A stretch of 64,000 bases of DNA from assembly GCF_009914755.1 (NCBI RefSeq), contig NC_060929.1; one strand, written 5' to 3'. The notes below the pieces were generated by a model that was given only the letters and a program-made list of their open reading frames with translations, was not told the origin of the DNA and did not search any database. The position numbers were made by a program, and so were the translations under genes. This document shows, piece by piece, positions 14,287 through 28,191 of the stretch; position 1 is the first letter of the stretch, and each line of letters begins with the position of its first letter. This stretch comes from the human T2T-CHM13v2.0 reference genome, Homo sapiens.

Positions 14287-15140
14287 AAAGTTAACAGGCA
14301 ACTGAGGGTGAATGATGACACTGAGGCCTGAGAACTTCTGAGTGTAGGGTTAAGAAAGGAATTCAAGAAAGCAATTGCTTACATTTCTAGGAATAGTAAA
14401 ATTATGTATCTCTAGAAATATCTGCACTTTAAAGCTACTATGAAAGTATCTCATTGAATGTTGTCTTAAATTGCTTTAAAATTACTACTTAAATAAAGAA
14501 ATAATTCTTATATGAAAAGCAGAGAAATTTGAGAAGTCATCTGCAATGGGGAAATTTTAGTTTTTGTTTTGCAAATTAACTAAAACCTGTCAGGCCTCAG
14601 CTTCCTCATCTATTGAAAATAGGTAATACTACTTCTTTCATAAGTTAGTTATAATAATTTTAAAAGAGGATTCAGAAAAAATTTAACTCATGAAGAAATA
14701 TATACACTTTTGAAATCATTTTAAGAAAATATTTGTTGAATATATTAATACATACTGAATATCAATAACAATCTCCCCCTTTCAGCTACAGAACACTTAA
14801 TCATGGCATGCAACTTACATTTGGTATCAGCATGGCAAAGTTATAGTGAATAAGTAAATTAAACCTATTAAGTTCTAGAAGAATATAATTAGATCTCATG
14901 GGGTAGCGCTTTATGACATTGTTTTGTCATATGCAGATTAACAAATATGGCTGTCTGGATTTAGTTATATTTTTAAGGCTCTGACATCTGGAAAAATCCT
15001 ACTGGAAAAAAAAGTGTTGCTAATAATAAATACAACACTTCTCTGACCTCTGAGTGATTATGCAAGACACTGACTTAATACTGAATGCATACTATAGTGT
15101 TACGCACAAATTATGTAAACCTGAAGCTATCCAGGTCTCA

Positions 15141-15485
<345 letters not shown>

Positions 15486-15869
15486 CTATCTAAAGTGGAA
15501 TATTAATAAAATTAAATGAATAATGCCCACAGAAAACATCCAATACATTTTATCTATTTTATCTTTATTATTATTGTTATGAAAGTTTGTTATTTCACTT
15601 ATTTCTAATTTAACTGGATACTTGATTAGTAGTGATAACCCAAAGTAATATTTCCTTTTACATAATATATGTTAATGGAAGTTGTTACCATGGGAATGCT
15701 GAATAAGACAGGAAAAGTCACAACAAAAATTGGAACTTACCCTGAATTTTCAACTAGAATATTTTCATAAGGTTTCTTCAAAAATTTGTCCGTGTTTGCA
15801 TGTAATCACTTTGGATGATTTCTATTCTTTCTTTAGAATAACCAACGCATACAAAAGCATCCATTCAGA

Positions 15870-16150
15870 CACCTGTTCTTGCTCTGAGCCTTTCCAAGGG
15901 TTGTTCTACCTCAAATGCCCTTCCTTCTCCTCTCTGTTCTCCCATGTCTCCTCTTCCACAAATCCTTCCCCAAATATTGCAGTCTATGATGATTCTGTCC
16001 TCTCTTGAGCCCCAACATGTCATAGGTAGAAAATTTTACATGGTTTCCGTCTTCTTTCTCAACACAAGAGTACTTCCCATCCATCTCTGTATTTTCCACA
16101 GCACCCTGCCAGTAGCATGCACACACAGAGTAAACATTTGCTGAATGAAA
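15870..16150 (+). mobile_element. L2 3' fragment
   Basis: Ends CAGTAGCATGCACACACAGAGTAAACATTTGCTGAATGAA, typical of the L2 terminus. Confidence 0.65.
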
Positions 16151-17170
16151 CAAAAATAAAAAACCAGTCTAGAATGAACCCCAGGATTAGAATGGAATTT
16201 AGAGATCATATAGGCTGATTTCCTACCCAATGCTTTCATCTTTCCACATCCTCCCTCAGATATTATCTCTGCTTGAATAGTTCTCGTAATAGAGAACTCA
16301 CTACCACTCAAGATATCTATTTTCAAGAAGTTTTAAACATTAGGAAGTCATTTCTTGTTTGGCATACTGGAAGTCTAGCATTATTGCAATTATCTTGGTA
16401 TTCATTCCAGCTCCATTTAGAACTATCCATCAGTGATATAATACTGATAATCATCAATAATAATTCTATATATATACCTTTAGATAGTACTTGGAAAACA
16501 ATGCTTAGTCTGTATATCCAAGAGTACTATGCAGTGAGGGTTAAAGATAGGAACTCTGTGAAAAATGATGCTTTATATGATTTGGGACTAATTTCCTATA
16601 CCTATAGAAGACTGTTTCAAAGACTAATGTTAAAAATAGCTAGTTAAAAATTGGACAATATATTTCAGAAATGCTAACAGGAATTGAGGAAAGAAAAGAT
16701 AAAAAGTTAATATTTCAGTTAATGGTTAAATATGTAAATTTATTATTTAGCTTAAAAACTAATTTGGAACAACATACATGTACTTCAAAGGGTAAGAAAG
16801 TTAAGGGGTAAGCACACAAAAACAGGTTCATTTGTCTTTTAAATGAAGGCTAGAATGTTTCTTAATTTAAAAAAACGATTAAATGTGAAGCTAGAGTTAA
16901 TCTTTGAATTGGTTGTGGTGGTATTTTCTTGGATGAACGTTTTAAGAAGTCCCTCTCAATAGATTTGACATTTGTAGTCTATTCTAGCAAGACACAGTGA
17001 TAAGAGTTGTCACTGCTCAGTCTTTTATTTCAAGGTTACTTAGCTGCAGTCTTGGGATGACCTAGGCAATAGGAAAGAATGTCAACAATTTCTTTGCTGT
17101 AGAGCAAAGGAGAAAGGAGAAAAGATTAATAATTAAATACCAAATTTTGGGTGAAAAATCATTTCCATTA

Positions 17171-17533
17171 TATACTAGTCCGCTTTCATGCTGCTGATAA
17201 AGACATACCCCATACTAGGTAATTTATAAAGAAAAAGAGCTTTAATGGACTCACAGTTCCATGTGACTGGGGAAGCCTCACAATCATGGTGGAAGGCAAA
17301 AGTCACATCTTACATGTCAGCAGGCAAGAGAGAATGAGAGCCAAATGAACAGGGGAAACCTCTTATAAAACCATCAGATCTCGTGAGACTTATTCACTAC
17401 CGCCACAACAGTATAGGGGAAACTGCCATTATGATTCAACTATCTCCCATTGGGTCTCTCCCACAACACATGGAAATTATGGGAGCTACAATTCAAGATG
17501 AGATTTGGGTGGAGACACAGCCAAACCATATCA
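17171..17533 (-). mobile_element. THE1 (B/C-type) MaLR solo LTR
   Basis: 363 bp, ending GAGATTTGGGTGGAGACACAGCCAAACCATATCA (reverse complement of the THE1 start). 5-bp TSD CATTA at 17166-17170 and 17534-17538. Confidence 0.92.
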
Positions 17534-19143
17534 CATTACTAAGAAAAAGAACATAACACCTGCTAAATGTAACAGTAGGAATATAAATCTGGTAAAGGGG
17601 AACTCCAGGAATAAAAGAAAATTTAGAAATGGAGAGAAATAACTTTTAAGATGAACATAAAAACAAGGGAAATTTGCAAGCATAGATTTAGCAATTTAGT
17701 ACTATTTTGTTAGAAACAATAAAAGTTACCTATATTTAAATAATAGAATGGAAAAAAAAGTGTGAATAATCAACAGTAAACATTAGGACATTCTTTTTGA
17801 TTTACAAATGTCTTTTCTAACATTCTTCTCTATCACCTTACAACTATTAGAGTTATTCCTGCTGACAAAAGGAGTGGAATCTTACCTAGCAATCTTGGAG
17901 CAGTTTAAAATACTATTTAAAAATGAAACAAAATATAAAATGAAAAAAACAGGAATTTCATTTAAAATGGGAGATCATTACATGTAATGCATGCCTAATA
18001 ACATAAAACATAAAATAACATAATAAAGAGCAAAATTATTTTGGGCATAGAAATTTTTTTCTTGAATAATTTATCAGTGCTAGTCTGGCAACAAAAGGGA
18101 TACCGGGGTAACCCAGAATGCTTGTTGGGGTTTCTTTTGTTTCATGAGTGTATTTACTTTGATGATGTATCCCAGATCCTAATTTGGGTTAACTAACAGC
18201 TTAAAAGGGTTGGTATCCCAAGGAGAGGTAGGGAAGGTATAACCTTTTAATCTTCCAACAGTATCAGAAGGTCAACAAGGCTGGGGTGAGGTGTGGGTTA
18301 CACCAAAACGATGAATAATGTCACCAGGCCACTCCCTGCTATTCTTGTCTGGAAAACAAGATGCATTTTTTTTAATAAGCAGGCTAGCCTGTCCTCTGGA
18401 TCCTACCAGCATTATCCCTTTAGGAATGCAGAAACCAAACATCTGTATGTAGTACATGGCCCAGCACACAGTGGGTGCTGACTCAATATTTTTTGACAGA
18501 ATATTATGTTTGACAGAATGAAATTTTTTTATCATGTCTGACATATGGCAGCCCAACTAAAATGACATCTCCAATCATAATCATGGACAAAGTGACCTCC
18601 TTGACTTGGAAGACCTTTTGCCCAGAGCAATTCAAAAGTTTTGTCAAGCCACATGGTTATGTTAAAAAGTCCCAGATCAGTACTGCGATCAAGAATACAG
18701 GGCAGCCAAAGACAGCCTCAGGAGAGCAGTCCACGGGTCTGTGGAAACCACACAGAAGGATGTGGAGTGGTACTGAGTGAGCCTGTGGGTTGTCAGCAAC
18801 CTGTATGCCCCCAAACAACAATGTCAGTATTTGAGTGTTTCCAGTCCTCTTTAATTAAAGATTATTTTACTACTTTAAAATGGAAACAAAAAAATATCTC
18901 TAGAGTGTATTTCTAGGGCCCACAGGAGTGCTAAAGTGAAAAAAGAATGTGATAACTCAGAAAGAAACCTGGGTCATTTTACAACTGCCCCCTGACACAA
19001 GGTTCACAATGGTAATATTCACTGTGGAGACACTAGTGGAGATAAGCGCTTTATTCATCCATCCCATTTAGTACACCATATGAAGTGCTGTGCGGCCCAA
19101 GAGAAATACCACTTCCTCCACAGGCCTGAGTGACACAGGTTGA

Positions 19144-19518
<375 letters not shown>

Positions 19519-19929
19519 TGAAGGAAGTAAATTTTCAAAAGAAAATTGAGCAAAAAAGTAGGTTGGGAAGTATTTGCTGACAAATTGTTCCAGGAACAAA
19601 GAAAAGCACAAGGGGAGCAATGAGAAAATTATCCACATAAAATGAAAGTAGCACAAAGGAGAGATAGGTGAGAAATCTACGACAAGAAGGCAAATGAAAG
19701 GTTTTAGACTTTTTGCTGTATCTTTTTCTATTGCCTACTAATAATCTTGTTTAGCTAGCTTAGCTCTGGAGATCAAGTAGGCAGGTATAGACTAATGTAG
19801 GTCAAATTTCTAAATAATGATTTCCACAAACAGAAAAGTCACATTTGGAAGACGAGAAGGCTAATTCTTCTTCAGAGGGAAAGAGAAAGAAGATTCTGTA
19901 TGACAAGAACTGCCAATTAGTGAGTGTCG

Positions 19930-20130
19930 ACTATGCCACCAGGCACTCCACAAGTGTTTTATATTGATTTTCACTAACGTATGTGGCATGTATCATCACG
20001 TGGATTAACAGATGGCAAAACTAGGAAGTTAAGTAACTTGCTTTAGGTCACAAAGAAAATAAGTGGCAAAGCTGGAATTTTAACCGAACTCTCTGACACC
20101 TAAGTTTGATTTTTTTTCCACAACACTGCC
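19930..20130 (-). mobile_element. MIR fragment
   Basis: AACAGATGGCAAAACTAGGAAGTTAAGTAACTTGCTTTAGGTCACA...AAGTGGCAAAGCTGGAATTT. Confidence 0.7.
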
Positions 20131-21284
20131 AATGACATACATTTGTTCAGTGATAAAGGAATGACAATATTATATTTCTCTTTAGGGAGCAATTTCCCAA
20201 GACTGTATTTTCTATTTAGCTGTGTCTGAATTATTGATTTGTTTATAGTTGCTACCCTTTACCATAAATATCTATGTTCAGTTTGGGGAGTAAGAAGCCT
20301 ATTAGCATGATCGTTTTCTTTATGACAACTATATCATATATCAATTAAAATAAACATAACTCTGTAACAGCCTGGCCAGGTGTTACCAAGTACTATAATA
20401 CTACATTTAACACCTGTGAGAATCTTGACAAAAATTACAAATGATATGCCAGGTGAGGAGCTGTTCCTGAATCAATGAAGCCTGTAAAAAAAAATAAAAA
20501 ATCTCAGTATACTGTACTAAAAGAATGTACATACCCACCACCATAGAAAGAGGAGGCCAAAAACAGACTCACCAGCTTGAATACGAGTAAAGCAATAGGA
20601 AGCAGAATCATGGGGTAGTCTCTTAAAGGATGAATTTCCCGCTGTATCAGATGTACATCAAATTTTACAATTTCTAAGTAGCTTCAATAATCAAAAAGTC
20701 CTATAGAATATGTTTCTACTCGTCCAGTCAAAGAAGGAAAAGGGCATCTGCTTTTTGTTCTTAGAATTTGTAATAATAGGGTAGGGGGGACACAGTCTCT
20801 CCAGCAGTGCAGTTACCTTTAATAACATGCTGTTTCTCTGGTTACAATGAATAATCTTTTTGCTGCCTCTTTGAGAAAAATTACTCATATAGCATTGGCA
20901 TTGTAGTGGGTGAAAAGATGAGATGAGCTTTCAGTAATATGTTTAATTTTATAATCAAATAGCTATTGTAGTACGATCTCATAACCTATCAACATTTCCC
21001 TCTCTTCCTCAATTGTGCGCCAACATTTTGGAGAACAGAATCAACAGATGCAAAAACTTTCACCATGAACCTTTTGAATACCTGAAATCCTAATGAAGAA
21101 GGAAGGTAAGATGGGGCAGAGAGCTTGAGAGCTGGAGGGACTGAGGTGCAAGAAAAATCATGATCAATTTCTTATCACCACGGAGAGGAAAGTCCACAAA
21201 ATTTTCACTTCCGATTCCGCTCAAATGGACAAGATCAGTTGTCAACTTTGCCTGACATTATCTTCATTTAGGCAAGTTTTACAA

Positions 21285-21410
21285 AATGACTGGTTGGGCC
21301 CCATTTCATAGAAATTCTAATTTGACTAGTTTTAGGTGAGGCTTATACGTCAATATGTTTTAGAAACTCTTCAGACAGTCTAATGTGCAGACAGGGTTGA
21401 GAAACACTGA
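21285..21410. mobile_element. MER5-type hAT-Charlie fragment
   Basis: Ends TCTAATGTGCAGACAGGGTTGAGAAACACTG, the typical MER5 terminus. Confidence 0.65.
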
Positions 21411-21589
21411 ACTAAAATAATTCAGAGACACAAATAAATGTAAACCATATTGGTAAGGTTTTAACATAAACCTCTTCTAAGACTTAGGAAAGGAAAGGTG
21501 GCAGAAAAATTCTAAGTGAATCTTGTTTTTATCCCACTCCTGTAGAAAAACAACACTTACTAGCAGTGTACACTGTGCTACTCACGAGG

Positions 21590-21750
21590 TTAGGTACCAG
21601 ATACATACAGAAGCATGAAGTCAGACATTAATTCCCCATTTTACAACTGAGGAAATGGAGTGTCCTATATGTGAAGGAACTTCCCTAAGGTCAAAGAACA
21701 AAGACAGAACTTGATCCCAGATCTGTCTCAACTCCAGAGCTTTTTACCTT
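21590..21750 (-). mobile_element. MIR fragment
   Basis: CCCCATTTTACAACTGAGGAAATGGAG...GAAGGAACTTCCCTAAGGTCA. Confidence 0.7.
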
Positions 21751-22058
21751 CTCAATTATCTTCTGGAACATTTCTTTTTGTACTTGATAACTTAATAGTA
21801 GGTGCTGGGCACTGCCTTTGTTATGACATGAAGTATCTCTATGCCTTCAGGATAAAGTGTGACTTTAACAACATTTTACACTGCAGAATCTCAGAAGAGT
21901 TCATTATAAGGGATTTACTATCCATAACTCCTGGCTATTAGCTACCTGACAATTGGCAGTGAAAAAGGGGGAAATATACAAAAAGACTGGAAGAGCAGGT
22001 AATGACAAGTTTCAAATGAACAAATCAAAGTATTAGTTAATTAACAAATCTACATGGG

Positions 22059-22121
22059 TATATATACAATATACATATATAATACACACATACACACACA
22101 CACACTCTCTCTCTCTCTCTC
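22059..22121. repeat. Compound (TA)/(CA)/(CT) microsatellite
   Basis: Directly visible. Confidence 0.85.
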
Positions 22122-23105
22122 AATATGCCGTGTGTTGGTCAGGGAGAACTCTTTAGGGTCTAGACAATGCAAGACATAAGAAGTTTTAGAGAGATAACCA
22201 TGTCTAAGTAGCAATCTAATTGCCAAACCAGAAAACAAACAACGTAAGTAAAGAAAAATATATCAAAACACTACTTTTACAAGGCAAAATTAGGAAAAAA
22301 CTCACAACCCAGAAACATTATAAGACATATTCTCCAAGATAAACTGAAATTAGGTGTGTTTCTAAATGTAAAAAAAAAATTAGATTATTTTTAAAATTAT
22401 AGCTTCAGTAGAGTTTAGTAAAATTTTTCAAAAAGATGAATTTAGTAGCTAATAAAAGACAACTCTCCCATCCATGGTAGATGGTCAGTGTGACATCCTA
22501 GGACTGGAGTCATTTATTATTATATGTCAGAGCTAACAATAAAAACTTAATGGATTATTAACTTCCCTCAAGGTAGAAAGAATATTCTCAAATTTAAATG
22601 AAAAAATCAAAAAGTCAGAGAAAATAAACGAAAACCATTTCATTCTCTTATAAAGCCTAATATATTTTCTGCTTAAAACTCTGTAATTAGATTAAATACA
22701 CAAATGGTTAAGAAAAAATTTACAAAATTAAACAAAAAAGGAAGGGCTAGGTTATTTTTCTTTATTACTGCGACAATATGACTTCATATTTTTCATAATT
22801 GTAGAAAACAACTTGCTTTTCACCACTTTAAAAGAATATTGAAATGTAAGATAATTTAAAATGTTGCATATAAATGTATACCCTTTACTTCCTATATCCA
22901 CAAATGGACATTCCCAATGCTTTCCAGAATTTAAAGTGTTAAGAAGTTTGGCATTTAGAATGTCAGCAGATATGCCTTTGATATGATATTACATTAAGCA
23001 AATAAACTCAATGTAATAATTTTCTTAGTTATATTTATTATGCTCAACATTTTATTGTTAAACTTATTTTCATTGTATACCTCTTTTAGCTATACTTTTT
23101 AATTT

Positions 23106-23151
23106 TGTGTGTGTGTGTGTGTGCAAACATACATGTGTGCATGTGTGTGTG
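23106..23151. repeat. Interrupted (TG)n tract, read as (CA)n on the pre-mRNA about 210 nt downstream of the exon
   Basis: Directly visible. Confidence 0.85.
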
Positions 23152-23363
23152 ATTGCATGTGGCAATGAAGTAATATGCATATTCATTTTACTCTGGTTCT
23201 TAGCTCATAATTTTTTTATTTTTATTTTTTGGTATGGTCACAATGAGCATAAGTGACGATAGACAGTCTCTATGATATAGTTCTTGATTTCTTTTTAAGA
23301 ACTTTCAATGATTTTGTAACTTTTTATTCTTAGAAAGGATTAGGAAAATGGTTCATTACCTAC

Positions 23364-23440
23364 CATAATCTGTGATTTTACAGGACACCAAATATAGCTC
23401 TTTCAGGTTTTGTCCTTCCTTTGCAATGACCTCCACACAC
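23364..23440 (-). CDS. FBXL17: Internal 77-bp coding exon of F-box/LRR-repeat protein 17 (SCF substrate receptor), C-terminal LRR region
   Basis: Minus strand reads ccactttttgtatgtttcag|G TGT GTG GAG GTC ATT GCA AAG GAA GGA CAA AAC CTG AAA GAG CTA TAT TTG GTG TCC TGT AAA ATC ACA GAT TAT G|gtaggt. It has a canonical AG acceptor with pyrimidine tract and a GT donor. The peptide CVEVIAKEGQNLKELYLVSCKITDY fits the cysteine-containing LRR pattern (LxxLxLxxCxITD) and matches my recollection of FBXL17. It is too short for the ORF track. Confidence 0.93.
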
Positions 23441-26400
23441 CTGAAACATACAAAAAGTGGTTATACTAATGCGTTTCAAGTTAAATTAGCAGGGGTTTGA
23501 ATATAATAGGAAGAGGTCAGTATTTGGTGAATGCCACAGCTTCTTTAATGGTGTTTCAGGAAAGGTATTATATTCCCTGCTTTAAAGTCAAGTGCTGTCA
23601 TACCTAAATGACTTTATTTAAATACATTTATGACTAGTGCATCTTTTAAAACCAAACAGCTTAAAAAGAAATATTCCCATAAGAGTAATGTTACATTTGG
23701 TAATAAAAGACTAGTAAACATATGCTATTTAATGAATATATATTATTTATATAATAATAATTTATTATAATAGAACTGTAGAATATAGATAGATCGTTAT
23801 TATAGGTAGATGGTTATATGCTCATGGTTCAATTATTAATGATGGAATTAGGTAGCACTGAAATAGTATTTTTTGCAAAATTTTATTCAACATAATATCA
23901 AATATATTCTAAAAAGCTATAATTTTACAGATTAAAGATGAAAGAAAATATACACACATAACTTTAAAATCTTTTACTTTAAAGTATCTTATTCTTAATA
24001 TTGTAAGTAATTTGTTGTAAAGGTTTAGGCCATTTTAACAATATAGATACAGATATGTAAGACTGTCTTTTCTGGTTTCATTTAAGTTTCATTTTTTTTT
24101 AATGGTGCACTCTGCTCTAATAGGCCTAGCGGAAGTTGTATACAGATTCGAATGAACTTTAAAAGTAATGATTAACAATATTATCCATTTTGTGGCTCAG
24201 TTTCCTATAATATCAGAAAAATTTGTGTAGTCATACAGACACACAGGCAAATGCACCCTTCAATGCAGTCCCTCTTTTAATCTTCATAAATAACAGTTAA
24301 GTAAAAGGGTAAAAGCAAAAAGAGTCATTAACCTTTTCTAGGAAGTAAGGATCAAGTAATTTGATACCTGTGTGCATAATCTATCAAAAAATTACTCAGT
24401 ATCCATCTCTGTCTTTCCTACATTTTATTTGCTGTCTGGCTTATTTGTAGGAATCTTCATAAAATGTCAGGAAATTTTATACAATTTTACTTCACATAAT
24501 TCATTATTGAAGGTTAAATTAGTTATAGAGAAGACATATATGTTTTTTAAAAATTTTTTATGGAATTTTGTTTTAATGGAATGATAAACATTTCAAATTT
24601 CCTCAGAATAACCGAATAAACATTCTTTTTCTTCCCCTATTCAAAAAAGATCTATAAAAAAATGGATAAACTTTTCCATGTCTAAAACAGGAAACTTAAA
24701 ACAGCAACACAATGCAATTATGATTGATACAGGTTGTGAGGGAAATTTTAAAGCCTAATTCCACGTCATTTGGTTATAACATAATATTTAAATAAATTCA
24801 TTTAAAAAAGAATAAAAACAGAAACGAAACATTACCAACAATAACAACATTTTATATGGTAAAAACTATTTTTACACGCTAAGAGTACAAATAAAGGCCC
24901 TAGACTATAATATCCTAAATCATTAAAAAAATAATCTGACGGCTTTCTGTCAAATCAAATATACATATCTCACTGTCCTCTTCCATTGCCTACCAAAAAA
25001 ACTAACAGATCCAATATTTTGTGTGGCCACCAAAAATCATTAATTGTAGTTTGTTCTCATGCTCTATTTGAATAGTTCAAAATGCCTGATTCATATTTGA
25101 TTATGCTCTAAACAAGTGCAATATCCTATTTATCTTCCTTGTACTTGATTTTACATTAAATATGCTATAAGCACATATGAACATTAAAGACATACAGATG
25201 ACTACAAATAGCAAATGACACAAATTGACTTCACTGTACAAGCCAAGTCAAATGTTAGTACATAAGCAACAAGAACCAACATTTATATAAAATAAGATGA
25301 TCAATCACTGGATAAAGACTGTCCTAAAAACTGATAAAGGGTCATGAGCATCAGGTTTCCCCGCTATTCACAGAGAAAAGTTCAAGAGGTGTAGACAATT
25401 ATGAATACGTATTATAAAATCATTTAGCATACTCAGGAGGCAATACAGTGACCAAGAGACAACACATGATTAAGAGTGAGCAGTGTCTTTCAGATAAAAA
25501 AGGGAGAAATATAAGAGAAAAGCAATTTGCTTTTTATAAAGAATCACCTAGCATTTCTGCTGTTCTTGAAAGTTCAGGTAAACAAGGTTTTCCAAATACT
25601 TTTAATTACCTTGATCACAGCCAGTGTGCTAAAAGTCATGTACAACATAAAATTATTCCTGAAGTAAAAATTCATGGAGACAAAACCATACTCCTTGGAA
25701 AACTTGTAGCAAAATATTAATTTTATATCTGTTATGGATTTTACATTTGAAAAGAGAAACCCCAAATTCTGTGATTTTGGACATAAACGTCATATATACT
25801 GAGACACAAAATTGAGTGGTTGAAATAGGTAGATAAAGTAGCTGTTGTTTCAAGAATTGAAAATGGAAGTGGTTTGTATTATCCCATTACTACAAATTGG
25901 TGGAAATGGAACACCACCTCATGTTCCCGGCTAGTGTCTAAAGTCTCGTAATCCACCTATGTCGCGTTTCCCTGGCAGCATGTGGTGATAGCAGTTCATG
26001 ATGAGAGATTGTGGGTGGTGACTATCCTTTTCTCCTGAAACTTTTAGAGTCCATTCTATAACATGCTTACAAGTAGTACATAACACAAGTCTGTGAACAT
26101 ACTTACTTTAAATAATTCCACTGTTTCACAAAGAATCTTGGCTCTAGTCATAACCTTTGGTGTATTAAAATCAGAGCAATTCCCAGCTCACTGTATAGTA
26201 TGTATGCAAAAAACAAAGTCATAAATCTTAGTATGGACTACAGGTACAGCAAGTTAAGAGGCATTTATAAACTGATACCAATAAAAGAGAGAAATGTGTG
26301 CAAAGTGATAATCTTGAAGTGAGAAGGAGAGTGACAGAACCAAAGACCACATTTAAAATGTTTACTTCTTCATCACCTTTCTTACAGATACTACATAGAA

Positions 26401-28114
26401 GAACATTCATTAATCATAGTCATGAATTAGTTTGGTCTGTAGGAGCAAGCCATGAGTCTCTAAACTCAGAATCTAGAATTCAAGTTATTCCTATTTTTCC
26501 CCAACCCCTTGTCCCCATCACTCCTATAGGCAAAGCTCAGAATATCACATGGCCATTCTCTATGGATCAGTAGGTTCAAAGATTTCCCACTTCATGTATG
26601 ACAACATAAGGAGTTATAAAATTTGGAAAAAGAACTGTCTCCTTACAGAAAGTATCCGTGTATAAGATAATTAAGAAAAATTCATAACATGGGAAAATGG
26701 CATAGTGGATAAATGCTGAGGAATATCAAATACTTTTAAAGTAGCTCATGAATGTCAAGCACAATTAAGATTACTAAACCCTAAGGAGAGATCTGTCTTA
26801 ACAAGAGAGAATAAAAGAATCAAAAGACATTCTAGTCTTACCTCCAGGGAATCACAGAACAATCACGTACATTTTTTGGAGCCCTATATCATCATTCTCT
26901 ACAAGATAACTCCATATGAAAAAGTTATCCAAATCAAATGTCTTCGGTTCATTTAAATATACTTTAATTTATTCTGAATTGCCTACCCTCAGTTTATTTT
27001 CCTGCTTTTATGTTTTGGCAGGGGTCTGAAGAGAATTAAAAAAAAGACATTGCTACCATTGTAAATTCTTGAGTAACAGCTGTTGAGTACATATATATAA
27101 ACTCTTTTGGAATACAGAGAAAGGGCCAGAAAACCTGCTCCAAAGTATCCTAAGCATCCAGAGTTATTTTTGATAATAATGTAATTTTATGCTCACTTGG
27201 TTTTGATAATGTTCTAAAATGCACCTGAAACATTTGATGAAATATGAAAAGCAACAGAAAGGTTACTTTGGTAAGCTAGATAGGATTTTTTTTCAAAGAT
27301 GAGAAGGCATTACTTACTTTCAGTGGAGGGAAAATCTGTCTCCTTAGCAATAGATTCGTAATCATATGATTTATGTGAAGGGTAAAGGTTAATGAATTAA
27401 GCTGTGTAAGCTTCAAAACTATCAAAGGAATTCAAAAGAGCCTTGAATTATGGAAAACAATGGCCCATTCTACATACATACCAAATTTTTATGTTTTTTT
27501 GTCTCCTACTCAAAAGCTAGAACATGGCATTAGTGACAATTGAAAAGAACTAATGAGGAAATATGACTACATCGCTTGCAATAGGAGTGTCCTAGGAGAC
27601 CTTGTTACTGTTTGTGATGTGCTTCAAACCCTAAAGAAGCTAATTGGAGCTGCCAGACACTGGTTTGCAAATCTCACTTTAAAGGACAGGCTCCATCACC
27701 TCAGAGGTGTGAAAAGAAATGTCCCCAGCAGAGATGCATTAGTATGTGGCTTGGTGAATTTCTAAATAAACTTTAGGATGTTCTTTCCTAAGTCACTTTT
27801 ATATTTGAATAATAGATATATCTTTAAGTGAAACACAAATGCAACAAGACAAAAACAACCCCACAGATCTAAAACAAAGAACTATGAAGAGTGTCGTAAA
27901 GTAATTGGCAAATAAGTGCATCTGGGAGCTAGGTATGTTTAGGTTGAATAAACATGTGGATCAAACCTCAAAACTCCTGAAACAAATCATAAAAGTGATC
28001 TATTTGGGGTTTTAGAAATAGAACCTCATTTTCATCATTTCTTGAAACTAAACAAGCCAAGAATCCAACCTATGTTACATAGATGGTAAGTGGGTAGGGG
28101 CTTAAGTAGCTACA

Positions 28115-28124
28115 ACACATACAC

Positions 28125-28158
<34 letters not shown>

Positions 28159-28191
28159 GCGCGCGCGCGCACACACACACACACACACACA
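28115..28191. repeat. (CA)n(CG)6(CA)n alternating purine-pyrimidine microsatellite
   Basis: Directly visible; the CG run is at 28158-28169. Confidence 0.95.

Noticed and set aside
15011-15040. 8-bp inverted repeat AAGTGTTG/CAACACTT
   Set aside because: Short enough to be expected by chance in 64 kb of AT-rich DNA.
16273-16647. 124-aa plus-strand ORF, the longest outside L1
   Set aside because: It has a TTG start, overlaps MIR-like and AT-rich sequence, shows no domain or splice context, and is antisense to the host gene.
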